Shown: piece after piece, positions 53,638-63,581 of the stretch
Numbering within the stretch: the stretch's first letter is position 1
How the letters are laid out: each line of letters starts with the position of its first letter
Virus record (IMG/VR): IMGVR_UViG_3300028591_000122
Coordinates: 1 to 64,000 of that record
Length of the DNA stretch: 64,000 nucleotides
Source: a virus
Taxonomy: Duplodnaviria; Caudoviricetes
Strand: one strand, 5' to 3'
Position numbers and translations under genes: made by a program
Notes under the pieces: model-generated
The model's input: only the letters and a program-made list of their open reading frames with translations
Databases searched by the model: none
Told to the model about the DNA's origin: nothing

Positions 53638-55329
53638 ATGCCTAAAACAATTTTGACGATGGATGAATTGGTTAAGTTTTGTGTAGAACACAACTTCCAA
53701 CATTTTTCTTCATCCGAATCGGGATATGAATTAGCCGTTAAAATTCCTGCTACATTTGAAATTGATGAAACTGATGATTCTAACCAGAGAGGAATGTTAA
53801 GACTTAAATATAAGTTATTCCATTTGGGTAGGAACCGTAATGGCAGCAATGTATCAAGAGAATCTGGCGAAGAGTCTTTACCGACAATCGCAAGCAGACC
53901 CGTTCTTGCCGCCATCCATCAGTTAGATAATGGAGAATGGGATTTTCACTCTCACGATATGGAAGTTGTGAAGAATGAAAATGGAGAAGAGGAACTTCAA
54001 TATATCGAAAAGCAAGTAGGTTCGTTTTCGGGATTCCCCGATGAACAACCCTATATTGAATACGACGAGGAGACAGGCAAAGATTTCGTGTTTGCGTATG
54101 CTTATATTCCAAGAGAATATACTAAAACAGCAGAGATTATTGAACGCAAAGGTGGAAGTAAGAACTCTGTCGAATTGCATATTGAAGAAATGGCTTATAA
54201 TGCAAAAGAAAAATATCTTGACCTTAAAAAGTTCTATGTAAGCGGTTCTACACTGTTAGGTAGCGAACCAGACGGAACCGAAATTGAAGAGGGTATGTTG
54301 GGAAGTAGAGCAGATATTGCAGACTTCAAAGCAGAACCTCAGACATTCGAAGCGAATGCCGAATTGATTAAAGTGCTTGAGAATCTTAATAATACTCTCT
54401 CTCGCTTTAATATAAACGACTCTTTAGGAAAGGAGGAAGGAGAAGTGAAGAAGAAAGAAATTGAAGGTGCAGTTCAAGAGACTTTTGATTTAAGTGGCTC
54501 TAGTGAACCTGAAGGAGACGCAACTGTTGACGGTGGTGAAGCTGATAACGAATCTGGTGGTGAGCCTAGCGGTGAACCTCAAGGGGCAGAACCCGGTGCT
54601 CTTTTATCTGGAGCAAATGAAGGAGATTCTAGCGACGGAGAGGCTCCTCAAATCATTGATGATGGTTCGGATGCAGAAGCACTTAAGAAAATCACATATT
54701 CCATTACTACCGTTGATGGAGTAAATAGAGAATTTGGTCTCTCCGTTTCTGAAAAGATGAATGCCGTATATCATATGATTTCCGCAACTTATGGTGCTGA
54801 AGACAATGAATGGTATGACGTAGATTTGTTTGAAGAAGACGGCTATGTTGAGATGTACGGTTGGTTCACTGGAAAGAACTACAGACAGAATTGCCATTTT
54901 GACAATGACGAGTTTATTCTTGATGGAGAAAGAGTTGAAATCTTCCGTCAGTATGTAACACAAGAAGAACGCGACGCTCTTGATAGTATGCGTGCTAATT
55001 ATGCACAAATGGCAGAAGAACTCAAGAACTATAAAGAAGAACCCGACAAGATGGAGATTCTTAATTCTGATGACTATTCCAAAATTGAGAATACTAAAGA
55101 GTTTGAAGAATTAAAGAAACAGGAATCTCACTTTACTTTATCTATCGAGGAAGTAAGAGCAAAAGCAGACGAGATTCTTCTCGACTATGCAAAACATGGT
55201 CAGTTTAGTGTCCAGACAGAAGAGGCACGTACAGAGACCAAAGCAAACTTTGTTTCTATTCCCGTTCAAAAGGCAAAACCCAACAGATACGGAAATTTGT
55301 TCTCTGGAACAAACAGTATTGAAAAATAG
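53638..55329 (+). CDS. Prohead protease/scaffold
   Basis: H.GRNRNGS, SVEL, LLG, EGM motifs, then acidic/coiled-coil tail; position before capsid genes. Confidence 0.78.
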   Translation: MPKTILTMDELVKFCVEHNFQHFSSSESGYELAVKIPATFEIDETDDSNQRGMLRLKYKLFHLGRNRNGSNVSRESGEESLPTIASRPVLAAIHQLDNGEWDFHSHDMEVVKNENGEEELQYIEKQVGSFSGFPDEQPYIEYDEETGKDFVFAYAYIPREYTKTAEIIERKGGSKNSVELHIEEMAYNAKEKYLDLKKFYVSGSTLLGSEPDGTEIEEGMLGSRADIADFKAEPQTFEANAELIKVLENLNNTLSRFNINDSLGKEEGEVKKKEIEGAVQETFDLSGSSEPEGDATVDGGEADNESGGEPSGEPQGAEPGALLSGANEGDSSDGEAPQIIDDGSDAEALKKITYSITTVDGVNREFGLSVSEKMNAVYHMISATYGAEDNEWYDVDLFEEDGYVEMYGWFTGKNYRQNCHFDNDEFILDGERVEIFRQYVTQEERDALDSMRANYAQMAEELKNYKEEPDKMEILNSDDYSKIENTKEFEELKKQESHFTLSIEEVRAKADEILLDYAKHGQFSVQTEEARTETKANFVSIPVQKAKPNRYGNLFSGTNSIEK

Positions 55330-55348
55330 AGCTTCGATGCTCTTTTTT
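55327..55348 (+). terminator. Intrinsic terminator-like hairpin
   Basis: AGAGC-TTCGAT-GCTCT followed by T-run. Confidence 0.5.
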
Positions 55349-55380
55349 AATTAAACTAAATTTTATAGGAGGAAAAAAAG

Positions 55381-55857
55381 ATGGCAGTAGATTTTACTAC
55401 TAATCATGCAGATGCCAACGTATCGAAGCTTTTGGCTACGAACTACGGTGGACACATCTACAACGTAACTCTCTCTTCAGCCGCAGATAATGGCAATATT
55501 GTCAAGAGAGGTAATTACAATAGTTTTGACAACTATGACGAAGCAGCCGCTAACTCTTTCAACGGTATTGTTAGAGGACAGGCAGCAGATGGTAACTGGT
55601 ATGTTGAAGTTCTTGCAGACCTCGGTTTCGATGCTCTGCTTGTTTACAATGTACCCGACAATGGATATGACTCACCTTTATCAATCGCAGGCGAGAAGAG
55701 ATTCTATCTTGAAGCAGGCGAAGTAGCAAGAGCGCATCAGCTCTATGCTGGTGATATCTTTGAGGTATCCAAGGAAGCATTTGGCGGTAACTTAAATAAC
55801 CTCAATGCTGGCGTAGCAATCACAACAATCACAAATAAGAAACTCGTGATTGCATAA
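55381..55857 (+). CDS. Putative head decoration/cement protein
   Basis: 158 aa, DNG.IV and L..GDIF.VS; immediately before the capsid gene. Confidence 0.6.
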   Translation: MAVDFTTNHADANVSKLLATNYGGHIYNVTLSSAADNGNIVKRGNYNSFDNYDEAAANSFNGIVRGQAADGNWYVEVLADLGFDALLVYNVPDNGYDSPLSIAGEKRFYLEAGEVARAHQLYAGDIFEVSKEAFGGNLNNLNAGVAITTITNKKLVIA

Positions 55858-55881
55858 TAGGGGAAAGGAGGTAAACAGACA

Positions 55882-56967
55882 ATGTTAGACGTAGCAGTTA
55901 GAAATCTTTTATTTGATGCCGCTAATGGCATTGAAATTTTCGATGAAGACCTTGGACGTGTTATGAACAAATCAGAAGTTGATGAGAAAATCAAAGAACT
56001 TTGCTTTGAGTACACAGGTCTTAATGAGAAATCTACAGATAAGCAGATTAAGAGAGCACTCAAATCAGAGGGCGCTCGTGAATTCTTCGCAGTAATCGAA
56101 GAGATTATTGAAGTAAAGGTACAGCAGGGTCTCGAAGGTCTTGATATCTTCAACAAGTATGTTGATGAAATCAACCTTGCAGACGGTGATGTAAACGAGT
56201 TCTGGGTAGAGAAGGAAACATACCTTCAGGTTGAGAAAGTTTCTGGTTCTCATCATGACTTAATTCAGCAGAAGCTCGCTCCCGGCGAACCTTTTGTTGT
56301 TCCTACAGCATACTATGGTGTTAAAGTTGGACAGGACATTAGACTTTTCCTTACAGGAAAGAAGTCTTGGGCTGCTTTCATTGATGCCGCAGTAAAGGCA
56401 TTCGCTAATTTAATTATCGAACTTATTTACTCCAAGTTCGCTAATGCCGCTTCAACGCTTCCTCTTCCTTCTGGACTTACAGGTTCAGGTGCGTTAGTTG
56501 CCGCTAACAAGGACGACTTTGACCATATCATCGAAGTTGTTGAATCTCTTAACGGTGGTGTTCCCGTAGTTATTATGGGTACAAAGACTGCTCTTAAGAA
56601 GATGAACAACCTTGTTAACAATAGCACAGCAGTTACTTGGATGGCTGCTTCACAGAAAGAGTCTATCGCTCACACAGGTATTCTTGGTGACTATGAAGGT
56701 ACAGACCTTCTTGAAATGCCCCAGAGATACAACCTTGGTGACCTTAGTGCTGCAACAGGCGGTCTTGTTGATAATACTAAATTATTCATCATGCCCGTTG
56801 GTGAAGACAACAAGTTCATCAAATACATTAACGGTGGCGAGACAATTCTCGAAGTTAATGAGATTGGCGAAACTTTGAATGACCAGCAGACATACGAAAT
56901 CCAGAGAAAGATTGGTGTAGGTACTACACTTACAAAATACTTTGGTGTATGGACAATTACTGCGTAA
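55882..56967 (+). CDS. Major capsid protein
   Basis: 361 aa, GT..AL, G..G.YEG..L; strong RBS; synteny. Confidence 0.82.
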   Translation: MLDVAVRNLLFDAANGIEIFDEDLGRVMNKSEVDEKIKELCFEYTGLNEKSTDKQIKRALKSEGAREFFAVIEEIIEVKVQQGLEGLDIFNKYVDEINLADGDVNEFWVEKETYLQVEKVSGSHHDLIQQKLAPGEPFVVPTAYYGVKVGQDIRLFLTGKKSWAAFIDAAVKAFANLIIELIYSKFANAASTLPLPSGLTGSGALVAANKDDFDHIIEVVESLNGGVPVVIMGTKTALKKMNNLVNNSTAVTWMAASQKESIAHTGILGDYEGTDLLEMPQRYNLGDLSAATGGLVDNTKLFIMPVGEDNKFIKYINGGETILEVNEIGETLNDQQTYEIQRKIGVGTTLTKYFGVWTITA

Positions 56968-56990
56968 TTTTTACATAGGAGAAAAAGGAA

Positions 56991-57593
56991 ATGGCAAAAT
57001 CTAAAAAAGAAGAAGTAATGCTTGATTTTGACGAGACACCCAAGAAGAGTGTTTCTAAAAAGACAGAAGAGCCTGTCAAGGAAGAAAAGAAGGAAGTAAA
57101 GCCTAAAACAATCAAAAACGTTAAGGAATCCAAATTCAATGATAAAGACTTAATTCCCTGCAAGTCTGTGACAAGTGGGGGATTAAGTTTTATCGGAGCA
57201 AGTGGAAATAAAGTTCGCTTTGAAGATTATGGTATGGTTGAATACGTAGAGTACGGTGATTTAAGAAGAGAAGCACAAAGTGCTAATCCTACAAATTACT
57301 TATTCTATCCGAGATTCATCGTACTTGATTCTGACTTTATTGAAGAGTTTCCCAAATTGGAAGAGTTTTATAATAAGTTCTACACAGACGAAGGAGACTT
57401 TGAAGCCATTCTTGAAATGGACAACGACCAGATGATTGAAGCGATAGAGAAACTTCCCAAAGGCTGTAAAGAATGTCTCAAGGGAATTGTGTCTACCAAA
57501 ATAGACGCAGGAGAATTGGACAGCGTACAGAAGATTAAAGTCCTTGATGGAATCTTTAAAACAAATATGCTTCTTACATTAGCAAATAATTAA
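56991..57593 (+). CDS. Conserved morphogenesis-region protein
   Basis: 200 aa after the capsid gene. Confidence 0.7.
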   Translation: MAKSKKEEVMLDFDETPKKSVSKKTEEPVKEEKKEVKPKTIKNVKESKFNDKDLIPCKSVTSGGLSFIGASGNKVRFEDYGMVEYVEYGDLRREAQSANPTNYLFYPRFIVLDSDFIEEFPKLEEFYNKFYTDEGDFEAILEMDNDQMIEAIEKLPKGCKECLKGIVSTKIDAGELDSVQKIKVLDGIFKTNMLLTLANN

Positions 57594-57612
57594 AGAAACG
57601 GAGGTGTTTAAT

Positions 57613-58083
57613 ATGGCATCTCTGCTTTATGAGAAAATCAACGAGACTCTTTTAAGAAAAATTACTGATTGTGATATTTTACATATTCCCGAAGAAGACG
57701 GTAACAAGCAATTGGCTGGTTACTTACATTCAACCGTATCTAAACCCTATTGTCGCAGACTCTTTTCGTCTCTTTTATTAGACGACGAATTAGAAGAGGT
57801 TACTTATGACCTCAATGTTACAACCGACGAAAGTCAAGATGAGGACTTTGTTACGGAAATGCTCGCATTAGGTATGTTAATTGAATGGACAGAGCCTATG
57901 GTTAATTCCAGACTCAATCAAAAACAATTGATTACGAGTAGTAAAGAATCAAAGTTTTATTCTCAACAAGCCCATATGGACACGTTGCAAACGATGTACG
58001 ATGCGGCTGTTAAGAAACAAAGAGACTTAATAAGGGACAGAGGGTACATTTATAATCCATTTAATGGAGGTACCAATGGTTAA
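57613..58083 (+). CDS. Putative head-tail adaptor
   Basis: LA.GM..EW...YSQ..H; synteny. Confidence 0.55.
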   Translation: MASLLYEKINETLLRKITDCDILHIPEEDGNKQLAGYLHSTVSKPYCRRLFSSLLLDDELEEVTYDLNVTTDESQDEDFVTEMLALGMLIEWTEPMVNSRLNQKQLITSSKESKFYSQQAHMDTLQTMYDAAVKKQRDLIRDRGYIYNPFNGGTNG

Positions 58084-58408
58084 ATACAAATACGGGAAAC
58101 TTAAATCACAACAAATTAAAGACATAAAAGAGACTATGAGAAAGCAAATATTCTTTTTGCTTTTATTGGCTGACCCTGCCACAAAAGGGCAATATCCCGA
58201 CGTGGATATACAACGCGCATTTGATAATCTTATGTATAAAATCAATGGGTTTAATAGTCTTCTCTCTTATCCTTGCGAGGTAATGGATGTTCTCATCATA
58301 CTTCAAGAAGCGAGAGAAGAACTCAATAAGCCCGAATTAGATTTTGAGACATATAGAAAACTTGTATTAGATGCAGGAGCAAGTGTTCAAAAGATAAAGG
58401 AGGTGTGA
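58076..58408 (+). CDS. Hypothetical protein
   Basis: GGAGG RBS; ...YRKLVLDA. Confidence 0.7.
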   Translation: MVKYKYGKLKSQQIKDIKETMRKQIFFLLLLADPATKGQYPDVDIQRAFDNLMYKINGFNSLLSYPCEVMDVLIILQEAREELNKPELDFETYRKLVLDAGASVQKIKEV

Positions 58409-59625
58409 TAATGTCTGCTTTATCGGATTACAAAAAACGAATGGAGAGAGAGGGATTGTATAACGGAGAAATCCGCAAGACCTATGCAGACCAAATTGTC
58501 GAAGCCACTTGGTTTAACGATTTGGCAACTAGAAAATGCTATCTCTTCGACTTTAAACATGACCCTCAACCGTTTCGTTTAAATGACCTTACTCCCGACG
58601 AATCACTACAGATACCGGTTTGGTTAAAGTATATAGTATACAGTTCACAAACATATGCCAAAGATGCGATTACTTATCATATCCAGTTTAAGCCAAGTCA
58701 GGACGGCAAGGACGATATTGTGCCATATTATGAAGAACTCTTCAAGAATAGGTATGACGCATCATTCCCTTGCGGTCTTTATGTGCTTATTCCAGATAAT
58801 CACGGTAAGTATAACAAATGGCTTGTGGTTGATACTGCAAACTATAATGACCCGCAATTCTCTACCTATGAGGTATTGAGATGTGACAAGGTATTTCAGT
58901 GGATATATCAAAACAAGAAATATCAGATGTGTGGAGTATTACGTAGCCAAAATTCGTACAATAGCGGTATATGGATAAAATACAACATCGAGAAAGTAGA
59001 AGACCAACAGCAGTTCTTGTTACCTCTTACTCGTGATACTGAAAACTTATTCTATAATCTGCGAATGATTATAGATAATAAAGTTTTGTCCGAACCTCGT
59101 GCTTGGCATATCACAAAAGTAAATAGGTTAGATGCAAATGGTCTTACGAAAGTCACTTTGGCACAAGATAGATATGACCAGCATAAAGATTACATTGAGT
59201 TAGATGATGACGGAAATGTAATTGGAATGTGGGCAGACTATTACACCGAGGGACAAGCAGAACCTACAGATTCGTATGAAGAATTACCGTCCTTGCGTTC
59301 CGAAATTGTGTATAGCGGATTAAAACCCGAGATTAAAGTCGGAGGTGGCTACAAGAAATTCCTAACGGAATATTATCGTGATGACGAAAAGATTACGCCG
59401 TACGGTTGCGTATGGACATTTGCCATTAAAGATGGGGATACGGTTACTCCGATTGATGAGTCGAGCGGCTTAATAGATGTCGTTACTCTCAGTTTGACCG
59501 AAATGAAGGTTAAGTTTATGGGTGATGGTTCTTATATTGGCAAGGCATTAGTCATAACAAGTACGGCAGAAACGCATTGGACACCAGTGCAGTCGAGTGT
59601 TGAATTTGATATTAAAGGACTTTAA
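58405..59625 (+). CDS. Putative head closure/neck protein
   Basis: 406 aa; G.YV.IPD...WLV...Y.VL.C; synteny. Confidence 0.55.
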   Translation: MIMSALSDYKKRMEREGLYNGEIRKTYADQIVEATWFNDLATRKCYLFDFKHDPQPFRLNDLTPDESLQIPVWLKYIVYSSQTYAKDAITYHIQFKPSQDGKDDIVPYYEELFKNRYDASFPCGLYVLIPDNHGKYNKWLVVDTANYNDPQFSTYEVLRCDKVFQWIYQNKKYQMCGVLRSQNSYNSGIWIKYNIEKVEDQQQFLLPLTRDTENLFYNLRMIIDNKVLSEPRAWHITKVNRLDANGLTKVTLAQDRYDQHKDYIELDDDGNVIGMWADYYTEGQAEPTDSYEELPSLRSEIVYSGLKPEIKVGGGYKKFLTEYYRDDEKITPYGCVWTFAIKDGDTVTPIDESSGLIDVVTLSLTEMKVKFMGDGSYIGKALVITSTAETHWTPVQSSVEFDIKGL

Positions 59626-59636
59626 GGAGGAGTGTT

Positions 59637-60203
59637 ATGGAATGGACTGATGAAGACGAACAGAGACTCCGAGCTTGGAGGGAAAATATTGATAACGAAG
59701 ACATTCGAATCAAAGAAAAAATAAAAGAGTTGTTGCTTAACAACAAAACTCTAATTCACGTATTGAATAATGAGGAGTTGGAGAAAGCAGATGCTGAACC
59801 CGACGAATATTATTACGTGAACATTTTACCATATTACATTATTTATCCCACTCAAACAAACGTACAGAATTATGTATGTTATGAGACGAACTTTGAAAGA
59901 GTTTCGAGATACAATAATGTGATGAAATATAATCAAATAGTGTTTACTATCTTGTGCGAACAAAAAAACATTGTTGAAGAAAGCACCGGATTGGCGAGAC
60001 ACGACTTGATAGCATCCTTGATATTAGACCAATTTAACTGGAGCAATTACTTCGGACAACAGATTGTGTGTGTTTCGGATAAAACTTCAGTATCAGATAA
60101 CTCCTATGCTTGTAGGACTTTAATCTTCCAGAGTGAAACTCCTCTCAATATCATAAGAACCGATAATATAACTCGCGTCATTAACAACGAGGTGAGAGAA
60201 TGA
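59637..60203 (+). CDS. Putative tail completion protein
   Basis: RHDLIA..I...FN; synteny. Confidence 0.5.
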   Translation: MEWTDEDEQRLRAWRENIDNEDIRIKEKIKELLLNNKTLIHVLNNEELEKADAEPDEYYYVNILPYYIIYPTQTNVQNYVCYETNFERVSRYNNVMKYNQIVFTILCEQKNIVEESTGLARHDLIASLILDQFNWSNYFGQQIVCVSDKTSVSDNSYACRTLIFQSETPLNIIRTDNITRVINNEVRE

Positions 60204-60931
60204 TTGACGAATTAAAGATGTACTTCAGTGGCTATGAGTATCAAGTTAATGAGGGCATCACAATGATTTCGCCTACTATCGGAGATATTATTGAGTTTGG
60301 AGAAAACGAATACTTTTCCGCAGTTCATTATATTACTTGTATACCGAGTGATATGATTAGCACCCTGTGGGATATGGGTATTGATTGGGAGACATTGGAC
60401 GATTTTGAACTGTTTATAATGCTTACTCGAAGTTTAACAAAGGACGATTTGAAACTCATATTCAAAGACTTAAGTCTTGCGGATATGGAAGTGCAAGTTA
60501 ACCCAGAGAACAACGAGATTTGTCTGCATAACAGCGAAACAAATCAGACAATAGATAAGTTAGCCTATTTAAAGATTGTCGAATATCTTCGTAAGATACA
60601 CGGTCTTGAGCCGAAAATCAAACGAGCCAAAAATAAAGACACGAAAGATGTTCTTATTATGGTTGATAGAGACGATAAGAAAAAGGCGGCGAAAGAAGCC
60701 CAAAAGCAAGCGAGTCAGTTAATTCCCCTTATATCTGCAATGATGCGATATCCGGGGTTCAAATATAAGTCTAATGAATTAAAGGAATGCACTCTTTATG
60801 AGTTTATGGACACCGTTAAGGGCGCTAGTATTTATATTAGTTCCACATCACTTCTTCAAGGAAGTTATAGCGGTTTCTGTGACACTAGTAAAATTGACAA
60901 AAAGAACTTTGATTGGATGAGACGGTCATAG
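60200..60931 (+). CDS. Morphogenesis-region hypothetical protein
   Basis: PTIGDI...G.YSG..D. Confidence 0.65.
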   Translation: MIDELKMYFSGYEYQVNEGITMISPTIGDIIEFGENEYFSAVHYITCIPSDMISTLWDMGIDWETLDDFELFIMLTRSLTKDDLKLIFKDLSLADMEVQVNPENNEICLHNSETNQTIDKLAYLKIVEYLRKIHGLEPKIKRAKNKDTKDVLIMVDRDDKKKAAKEAQKQASQLIPLISAMMRYPGFKYKSNELKECTLYEFMDTVKGASIYISSTSLLQGSYSGFCDTSKIDKKNFDWMRRS

Positions 60932-60965
60932 TTCTTTAAAGAAAAACTATAAAGGAGAAAAACAA

Positions 60966-61757
60966 ATGAAAGTTAATAACTTTGCGATTGATAGAGTTAT
61001 TCGTGGTATGATGTTCTCTACCGCAGATGGCTCTTATATGTGGTCTATCAACCAGATTACAGACCCTTCGTTGAATATTACTTCCGAAACAGCAGAAGCA
61101 GTTGATGCTCTTGGCTCAAGAATCGCAGTATTCAACAGAGGTAAGTCCGCAGAATTTTCTGCACAGAACTCTTTATTTGACCTTGGCTTGTTCGCTGCAC
61201 AGAACGGTGTAGAAGTTCAGGAAGCAAGCGTAAGCGCTCCCATCAAAACACCTATGTTTGATGAGATTAAACTCAACTCTACAAGTGTAACATATCCTTT
61301 GACAGAGACTCCTCTCGAAGCACCTTCAACAATTTACAAGTTGAATGGTGATGGAACACTTGGTACAGCATATACAAAGGACACTACTGCAAGTGCTACT
61401 ACTTTCGTATATGATACTGCAACTCATGCAATTACACCTCCTACTGGTCTTTCCGCAGGAGATATCTTATTCGTAATGTATGATTACAACCTTGCTGGTG
61501 GTACAGCAGTTCAGGGCGATGCGGTTAACTTCCCTAAGGCTGGTAAGTTCATTATGGAAGTTCTTGGTGTAGACGTTTGTGACCCCACAACTCTTATCCA
61601 TGCTTACCTCGTATTCCCTAATGCTAAACTCGACGCTAACGTTGACCTTAGCTTTACAACTGATGGTAATCATCCTTTCACAATTCAGTGCCAGCAGTCC
61701 TACTGCGATACTGAGAAGATTCTTTATCAGCTCATCATTCCCGAAGTGTCTGATTAA
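60966..61757 (+). CDS. Major tail tube protein
   Basis: 263 aa, Thr/Ala-rich beta type, FPNAK...G.H.F; followed by a terminator. Confidence 0.7.
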   Translation: MKVNNFAIDRVIRGMMFSTADGSYMWSINQITDPSLNITSETAEAVDALGSRIAVFNRGKSAEFSAQNSLFDLGLFAAQNGVEVQEASVSAPIKTPMFDEIKLNSTSVTYPLTETPLEAPSTIYKLNGDGTLGTAYTKDTTASATTFVYDTATHAITPPTGLSAGDILFVMYDYNLAGGTAVQGDAVNFPKAGKFIMEVLGVDVCDPTTLIHAYLVFPNAKLDANVDLSFTTDGNHPFTIQCQQSYCDTEKILYQLIIPEVSD

Positions 61758-61764
61758 TTTTTAT

Positions 61765-61790
61765 AAGGGGGCTTTAATGCCCCCTTTATT
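61765..61790 (+). terminator. Intrinsic terminator
   Basis: AAGGGGGC-TTTAAT-GCCCCCTT-TATT. Confidence 0.65.
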
Positions 61791-61808
61791 GATTGAAAGG
61801 AGAAAACA

Positions 61809-62150
61809 ATGCAGAAAAATAATCGTAAATGCTTGGCTTGTGGCGAAGAATATTTCTTCTGCTTCAAGTGCAGTCATCGTAGCTCTAATCCTCAACCTGC
61901 TTGGCGTATTGATTTCTGTGACGAGACTTGCAAAAAAGTATTTGAGACGGTATCTAGTTATAACTGCGGAAGTCTTACAAAGGAACAGGCTCTTGAAGCA
62001 ATCGGAACCATTGACTCTGTAAAATTCGCTAAATTAAAAGATTCTCTCAAACAAAAAATCAAGGAACTCCAGAAAGCAGACAAGCCTGCAAAGTTCTCTG
62101 AATCTTTCAAGTCGGAGAAGAACACATCTAAAAAAGATGCCGAGGAATAA
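61809..62150 (+). CDS. Zn-finger protein
   Basis: CLACG..Y.FC..C...W...FC..C. Confidence 0.7.
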   Translation: MQKNNRKCLACGEEYFFCFKCSHRSSNPQPAWRIDFCDETCKKVFETVSSYNCGSLTKEQALEAIGTIDSVKFAKLKDSLKQKIKELQKADKPAKFSESFKSEKNTSKKDAEE

Positions 62151-62157
62151 TTTACTA

Positions 62158-62192
62158 TAGGGTGTGCGACAAAAGACGTATGCCCTTTTTTT
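62158..62192 (+). terminator. Intrinsic terminator
   Basis: AGGGTGTGCG...CGTATGCCCT followed by T-run. Confidence 0.65.
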
Positions 62193-62205
62193 ACTTTTGG
62201 AGAAA

Positions 62206-62445
62206 ATGGATATGAATGAAGTAACGTCAGAGTACAGAAACAAGAAGTATCAAACGACAGGCGCAGTGCGTATTCTTGACCAACGACAAGCGGCTTTTTA
62301 TTGGGCAGAGGGAATAGAACCATTAGACATCTATCTAACTAGGGATTTTCAAACCCACAAACCTAAAATAGTTTATGTGTTTAGTCGTGAAGATACAAAA
62401 GAATTATATGAAAGATGGATTAAATTAAAGGAGGAACAACAATGA
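62206..62445 (+). CDS. Hypothetical protein
   Basis: GGAG RBS; ...VYVF.REDTKELYERW; start re-set. Confidence 0.65.
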   Translation: MDMNEVTSEYRNKKYQTTGAVRILDQRQAAFYWAEGIEPLDIYLTRDFQTHKPKIVYVFSREDTKELYERWIKLKEEQQ

Positions 62446-62744
62446 CAACAGAGATTTTCTTAACCGGTCTTTTAGCAGTATCTTTATTCACTACTCTTGG
62501 AACTCAAGCAGTTAAAAAGTTGCTTGGAGATTTCAAGAAAAAAATTGGTTCCAATATTTTATCCAGTATTGTTTCTATCGTAGCATCAGCATTACTTTGT
62601 GTATGCTATGCGATAATTATGAAAGTTAACGTAGATGCAGTTTATGTTACAGAATCAATTGTATTAACAATATTGGGTTGGCTTGTTGCTATGTGTGGTT
62701 ATGATAAGGTTAAACAGGCAATAGCACAAATTATTAAGAAGTAA
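62442..62744 (+). CDS. Holin
   Basis: Three hydrophobic helices, GYDKVKQAI.Q tail, upstream of the lysin-fold gene. Confidence 0.75.
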   Translation: MTTEIFLTGLLAVSLFTTLGTQAVKKLLGDFKKKIGSNILSSIVSIVASALLCVCYAIIMKVNVDAVYVTESIVLTILGWLVAMCGYDKVKQAIAQIIKK

Positions 62745-62764
62745 TTATTTAGGAGTAAAAGGAT

Positions 62765-63580
62765 ATGGACTTAAAAGGAATTGACGTAAGCAGTTACCAC
62801 GGGGTCATCAAATGGGATAAGGTCAAAGAGTCTGGCATCCAATTTGTGCTTATTCGTGCAGGCTGGGGAAAGGATATTGTTGACCCAAGATTCCGAAAAA
62901 ATATTGAAGGTGCGGCAAGTGTCGGATTAAAAGTTGGAGTGTATTGGTATTTGTATGGCAAAACCGAAAAGGATATTGTAGCCAATGCAAAGAAATGTCA
63001 CGAAATGATTTATCCATACAAAAACGTTATTACCTGTGGAGTATGGGGAGTTTGGGGAAATGATTCCGAAACTTATCATAAGTGTAGAACAAAGAAAGAC
63101 CGTACAGAATTAGTTCGGTTATTCTTAAATACATTGGCAGAGCAAGGATATAAAGTAGGATATTATGCAGACCGAGATTACTACCGCAGTAAATTTAACG
63201 GAATAGAATACCCTTTGTGGTTTTCACATTTAGCAACTTCGAATGATGTGTGTGAGCCGTTAATTTGGCAATATGATATTCGTGGAAGAGTTGATGGCAT
63301 TGTGCCAAGAGTCAACTTAAATATTTGCTATGGAGACATAAAAGATTTTGTGGTTGTAAAACGAACAATGTACCCGTCCTTAAAAAAAGGTTCGGACGCA
63401 CCTAGAGTCTCTATGCTCCAATCTATTTTAGCCGAATTGGGTTATGAAGTAGATATGACAGGGAGGTTTGACCCTAAAACGTACATTGCCGTTAAGAAAT
63501 ATCAACTCGACAATAACATTAAAGACACGGGAGAAGTTGACGACAAAATGTGGGAAATGCTTGTAAGTCGAAAGGACTAA
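62765..63580 (+). CDS. GH25 muramidase-fold protein with C-terminal peptidoglycan-binding domain (catalytic motif degenerate)
   Basis: GIDVS, IRAG.G, G.YWY, WQY; LK.GS....V..LQ..L..LGY...G.F...T..AV..YQ. Confidence 0.85.
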   Translation: MDLKGIDVSSYHGVIKWDKVKESGIQFVLIRAGWGKDIVDPRFRKNIEGAASVGLKVGVYWYLYGKTEKDIVANAKKCHEMIYPYKNVITCGVWGVWGNDSETYHKCRTKKDRTELVRLFLNTLAEQGYKVGYYADRDYYRSKFNGIEYPLWFSHLATSNDVCEPLIWQYDIRGRVDGIVPRVNLNICYGDIKDFVVVKRTMYPSLKKGSDAPRVSMLQSILAELGYEVDMTGRFDPKTYIAVKKYQLDNNIKDTGEVDDKMWEMLVSRKD

Positions 63581-63581
63581 T

